Assembly: GCA_903857985.1 (NCBI GenBank)
Contig: CAIOGW010000099.1
Coordinates: forward strand, 1-41,692
DNA from: an uncultured Microbacteriaceae bacterium
GTDB lineage: Bacteria; Actinomycetota; Actinomycetes; Actinomycetales; Microbacteriaceae
Direction of reading: 5' to 3'
Length of the DNA: 41,692 nt
Part shown: piece by piece, positions 38,557-41,692 of the stretch
Position numbering within the stretch: position 1 is the stretch's first letter
How the letters are laid out: every line of letters begins with the position of its first letter
The notes under the pieces: model-generated
The model's input: only the letters and a program-made list of their open reading frames with translations
Databases searched by the model: none
Told to the model about the DNA's origin: nothing
Translations under genes and position numbers: made by a program

Positions 38557-39111
38557 CTATTTCTCTTGAGCGGCCCATGCTTCGGCCAACTGTTGTCGAA
38601 CGTCAGACAGCAACCTCGGCATTGCTTTTGTCTTGGCGATGATCGGAAGGAAGTTTGCGTCGGTCGACCAGCGCGGAACTATGTGCTGGTGTAGGTGACC
38701 GGCAACACCGGCTCCCGACACACGCCCTTGGTTCATTCCTATGTTAAAGCCTTCATTGGCAAACACCTGACGCGAGATGCGCATGGCGGTTTGAGTTAGG
38801 GTACCGATTTCGGCTATTTCATCGACTGTTGCCTCGTCATACAACGCAACATGTCGATAGGGACACACCAAAACGTGCCCGGAATTGTAAGGGTAAAGAT
38901 TCATGACGACGTAGGCGCGAGTGCCGCGAAAAACAATAAGACCTTCTTCGTCCGACATTTCTGGCACGCGGCAAAACGGGCAGGTCTCTCCCTCGTTAGC
39001 GTCGGCGCCGGCTTGGATGTAGGCCATGCGGTGTGGCGTCCACAAGCGCTGGAATTCATCGGGCACCCCCGCGAGAGCTTCTGAGTCAAAGACGTTTGGG
39101 TCGTCGATCAC
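38557..39111 (-). CDS. HIT-family nucleotide phosphorylase/hydrolase (Ap4A phosphorylase-like, Rv2613c-type)
   Basis: 184 aa with the histidine triad [10 protein letters not shown] and a CPFC zinc-like motif. GTG start in a GTGA overlap with the thrS stop. Same position downstream of thrS as Rv2613c. Confidence 0.85.
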   Translation of the reverse strand: MIDDPNVFDSEALAGVPDEFQRLWTPHRMAYIQAGADANEGETCPFCRVPEMSDEEGLIVFRGTRAYVVMNLYPYNSGHVLVCPYRHVALYDEATVDEIAEIGTLTQTAMRISRQVFANEGFNIGMNQGRVSGAGVAGHLHQHIVPRWSTDANFLPIIAKTKAMPRLLSDVRQQLAEAWAAQEK

Positions 39112-41117
39112 AGGTCATCATCACCGTTCACCTGGCTGTGCGCGTCGATCGCTGCTCGAATGAGATCGATGGCCTGCGCAACCGGAATTCCGTTGCGCTG
39201 AGATCCATCACGGAATCGGAAGCTCACAGCACCCTTGGCGCGATCTTCCTCGCCCACAATCACTTGCACGGGAATCTTTTCTGCCGTGGCGTTGCGGATC
39301 TTCTTCTGCATGCGGTCGTCGGACGCATCCATGCTGGCTCGAATTCCCACAGCACGCATCTGGGACAAGACGTCATCGAGGTAGGGGGCATACTCCTCGG
39401 CAACGGGAATGCCGATGGCCTGCACAGGTGAAAGCCAGAGAGGGAATGCTCCAGCGTAGTGCTCGGTGAGAACGCCAAAGAACCGCTCAATCGAACCGAA
39501 CAGAGCGCGGTGAATCATGACGGGGCGGTGCTTCGCTCCGTCAGAACCCGTGTAATCGAGATCAAAGCGCTCGGGCAGATTAAAGTCGAGCTGAATCGTC
39601 GACATCTGCCACGTGCGCCCAATGGCGTCACGTGCTTGCACCGAAATCTTTGGCCCGTAGAACGCGGCACCACCGGGGTCAGGAACCAACGTCAGGCCCG
39701 ACTCCTCGGCCACGGTCTGCAGGGTCGAGGTGGCTTCCTCCCAGATGGCGTCGTCACCCACGTACTTGTCCGGGTCCTTGGTCGAAAGTTCGAGATAGAA
39801 GTCGTCAAGACCGTAGTCGCGAAGCAGGTCGAGGACGAAGGACAGCACACTGGTGAGTTCTTCGCGCAGCCTTTCGCGAGTCGTGAAAATGTGGGCGTCA
39901 TCCTGAGTCATGCCGCGCACGCGCGTGAGGCCGTGCACCACACCCGACTTCTCGTAACGGTAGACCGAGCCAAACTCAAACATCCGCAGGGGAAGGTCGC
40001 GGTAACTGCGCCCGCGCGAACGATAGATCAAGATGTGGAACGGGCAGTTCATCGGCTTGAGGTAGTACTCAACGCCCGCGCGCGTCACCTCTCCCTTGTC
40101 GTTGCGCACTTCGTCGATCTGCATGGGCGGGAACATGCCGTCGGCGTACCACTCGAGGTGGCCGCTCTGTTCAAACAGATTCGACTTCGTGATGTGCGGC
40201 GTGTAGACGAAGTCGTAGCCCGACTCCTCGTGGCGACGACGTGAGTAGTCCTCCATGGTGCGACGGATGATGCCACCCTTGGGGTGGAACACCGGAAGGC
40301 CGGAACCCACTTCGTCAGGAAAGCTAAAGAGGTCAAGCTCCACACCCAGGCGCCGGTGGTCGCGCTTGGCGGCCTCCTCAAGGCGAGCCTGATGCTCGCG
40401 AAGTTCGTCCTTGGAGGCCCACGCAGTTCCGTAAATGCGTTGCAGTTGAGGATTCTTCTCGCTGCCGCGCCAATAGGCTGCCGCAACCCGTGTGAGCGAG
40501 AAGCCGTTGCCAATCAAGCGCGTGTTGGGTAGGTGAGGCCCGCGACACAGGTCTTTCCAGAGGGTTTCGCCCGTGGTTGGGTCCACGTTGTCGTAGATGG
40601 TGAGTTCCGCGCCGCCCACCTCAACGTTTTCGTTGTCACCGCCAACGGAATCTGAGTCGGAGCCCTTCAGGCCAATGAGCTCGAGCTTGTAGGGCTCGTT
40701 GGCGAGCTCCGCGCGCGCCTCTTCTTCGGTCACCACGCGACGCATGAACCGCTGGCCTGAGCGAACAATGCGCTCCATGGCCTTCTCGATCTGCTTGAGC
40801 TGCTCGGGATCGAAAGGCTCGGTGACGTCAAAGTCGTAATAGAAGCCGTCGGTAATCGGAGGGCCAATACCGAGCTTGGCTTGCGGGTTGATGCCCTGCA
40901 CAGCCTGGGCCAAAACGTGCGCAGCCGAGTGGCGCAGGATGCTCAAACCGTCGGATGAATTTATCGCCACGGGTTCGACAGCGTCTCCCACGGCAATGGG
41001 TGAAGCGAGGTCGCGCAGTTCACCGTTGACGCGCATCGCGACAATGCTGCGATCCGAAAACAGGGCAAAACCGTCGCTCTCCGCGGAGGCGACCAGGGTT
41101 GCGTTTTCGGGACTCAC
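39108..41117 (-). CDS. thrS: Threonine--tRNA ligase
   Basis: 669 aa, GTG start. TGS N-domain, editing-domain [11 protein letters not shown], class II core ([31 protein letters not shown]) and an anticodon-binding C-terminus. Confidence 0.97.
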   Translation of the reverse strand: MSPENATLVASAESDGFALFSDRSIVAMRVNGELRDLASPIAVGDAVEPVAINSSDGLSILRHSAAHVLAQAVQGINPQAKLGIGPPITDGFYYDFDVTEPFDPEQLKQIEKAMERIVRSGQRFMRRVVTEEEARAELANEPYKLELIGLKGSDSDSVGGDNENVEVGGAELTIYDNVDPTTGETLWKDLCRGPHLPNTRLIGNGFSLTRVAAAYWRGSEKNPQLQRIYGTAWASKDELREHQARLEEAAKRDHRRLGVELDLFSFPDEVGSGLPVFHPKGGIIRRTMEDYSRRRHEESGYDFVYTPHITKSNLFEQSGHLEWYADGMFPPMQIDEVRNDKGEVTRAGVEYYLKPMNCPFHILIYRSRGRSYRDLPLRMFEFGSVYRYEKSGVVHGLTRVRGMTQDDAHIFTTRERLREELTSVLSFVLDLLRDYGLDDFYLELSTKDPDKYVGDDAIWEEATSTLQTVAEESGLTLVPDPGGAAFYGPKISVQARDAIGRTWQMSTIQLDFNLPERFDLDYTGSDGAKHRPVMIHRALFGSIERFFGVLTEHYAGAFPLWLSPVQAIGIPVAEEYAPYLDDVLSQMRAVGIRASMDASDDRMQKKIRNATAEKIPVQVIVGEEDRAKGAVSFRFRDGSQRNGIPVAQAIDLIRAAIDAHSQVNGDDDL

Positions 41118-41180
41118 GAGTGCGGTTTCTCCAGACGGGGCAAGGGCTTCCAGCCTACCCGCCCTCAGGGAGTCACATAA

Positions 41181-41255
41181 TGGTGGGCGATACCGGGATC
41201 GAACCGATGACCTCTTCCGTGTCAGGGAAGCGCGCTACCGCTGCGCCAATCGCCC
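41181..41255 (-). tRNA. tRNA-Val (anticodon GAC), CCA encoded
   Basis: Hand-folded cloverleaf: acceptor GGGCGAT/ATCGCCC, D-stem GCGC/GCGC, anticodon stem CTTCC/GGAAG with loop CTGACAC, T-arm ATCGG-TTCGATC-CCGGT, discriminator A plus CCA. 75 nt. Confidence 0.93.
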
Positions 41256-41288
41256 ATTTCATACGAAGACTCCGAAAAGTACTTCGTA

Positions 41289-41362
41289 TGGAGGTGGATA
41301 CCGGATTCGAACCGGTGTATACGGCTTTGCAGGCCGCTGCCTCGCCTCTCGGCCAATCCACC
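41289..41362 (-). tRNA. tRNA-Cys (anticodon GCA), CCA encoded
   Basis: Acceptor GGTGGAT/ATCCACC, anticodon stem GCGGC/GCCGT with loop CTGCAAA, T-arm ACCGG-TTCGAAT-CCGGT, discriminator T plus CCA. 74 nt. The D-stem has only 3 clean pairs. Confidence 0.88.
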
Positions 41363-41412
41363 AAAAGTAGCACGCTGCAACCGGTGAGCCGGCCGCACAA
41401 CATACCCACTCG

Positions 41413-41484
41413 AGCGGATGACGAGATTCGAACTCGCGACCCTCACCTTGGCAAGGTGATGCGCTACCACTGCGCCACATCCGC
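41413..41484 (-). tRNA. tRNA-Gly (anticodon GCC), 3' CCA not encoded
   Basis: Acceptor GCGGATG/CATCCGC, D-arm GCGC-AGTGGTA-GCGC, anticodon stem TCACC/GGTGA with loop TTGCCAA, T-arm GCGAG-TTCGAAT-CTCGT, discriminator T. The genomic sequence continues CGA rather than CCA. Confidence 0.9.
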
Positions 41485-41543
41485 ATGTGCAATTTTCACC
41501 GCACTCCTGAACTTTAGTGTGCCCGCGACCCGTAAGCAAAACC

Positions 41544-41591
41544 CGACACCCCCGGCACGCGGATCCGAAAGGACGTGTGACGGGGGTGTCG
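41544..41591. repeat. Perfect 11-bp inverted repeat (CGACACCCCCG / CGGGGGTGTCG) with an inner CACG/CGTG extension, between the divergent tRNA genes
   Basis: Read directly: 41544-41554 CGACACCCCCG and 41581-41591 CGGGGGTGTCG, plus CACG at 41556-41559 and CGTG at 41574-41577. Confidence 0.7.
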
Positions 41592-41616
41592 AACTCATTC
41601 GATAGTCTGGTCTCGC

Positions 41617-41692
41617 GGGCGATTGGCGCAGTTGGTAGCGCGCTTCCTTCACACGGAAGAGGTCATCGGTTCGAGTCCGGTATCGCCCACCA
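41617..41692 (+). tRNA. tRNA-Val (anticodon CAC), CCA encoded; ends exactly at the window edge
   Basis: Acceptor GGGCGAT/ATCGCCC, D-arm GCGC-AGTTGGTA-GCGC, anticodon stem CTTCC/GGAAG with loop TTCACAC, T-arm ATCGG-TTCGAGT-CCGGT, A plus CCA. 76 nt. Confidence 0.93.

Noticed and set aside
41485-41616. Promoter hexamers for the divergent tRNA units (for example TAGTCT at 41603-41608, and the GAAAAT-like box before tRNA-Gly)
   Set aside because: Spacing to plausible -35 elements is poor or ambiguous, and actinobacterial promoters are degenerate. I could not support specific calls without 5'-end data.

Overview
This window is a compact core-genome segment of a moderately high-GC actinobacterium, apparently Micrococcales or Microbacteriaceae-like; that placement is my impression from protein similarity and cannot be verified here. 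About 93 percent of it is coding, and nearly all genes are on the minus strand. Read along the minus strand, it holds three housekeeping blocks known from Mycobacterium and Corynebacterium. (a) tRNA-Gly/Cys/Val, then thrS, HIT(Ap4A phosphorylase-like), pdxS, pdxT, yebC, ruvC, ruvA, ruvB, yajC, secD, secF, relA. (b) rarA, rpsD, a small membrane protein, alaS, ruvX, mltG, aroE, aroC, aroK, aroB, aroQ, efp, nusB. (c) pyrR, pyrB, pyrC, a membrane protein, carA, carB, pyrF, an mIHF-like/gmk fusion, rpoZ, coaBC, metK, priA. priA is partial, runs off the left edge, and is absent from the supplied ORF track. The only plus-strand island (25.8-28.6 kb) carries an anchored cyclophilin, a DUF349 protein and an AbiEi-like orphan ORF. 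I found no CRISPR array, mobile element, integrase, prophage or defence/biosynthetic cluster, and no convincing novel multi-gene system. The best leads are small. They are the in-frame mIHF-Gmk fusion, the orphan AbiEi-like ORF whose 3' end overlaps the relA 3' end convergently, a textbook PyrR operator next to the pyrR RBS, a hairpin at the relA RBS, a PriA without recognisable Walker motifs, and the mirrored tRNA-Val pair. Many track ORFs carry spurious N-terminal extensions. I trimmed these using start/stop overlaps, RBS positions and conserved N-termini.
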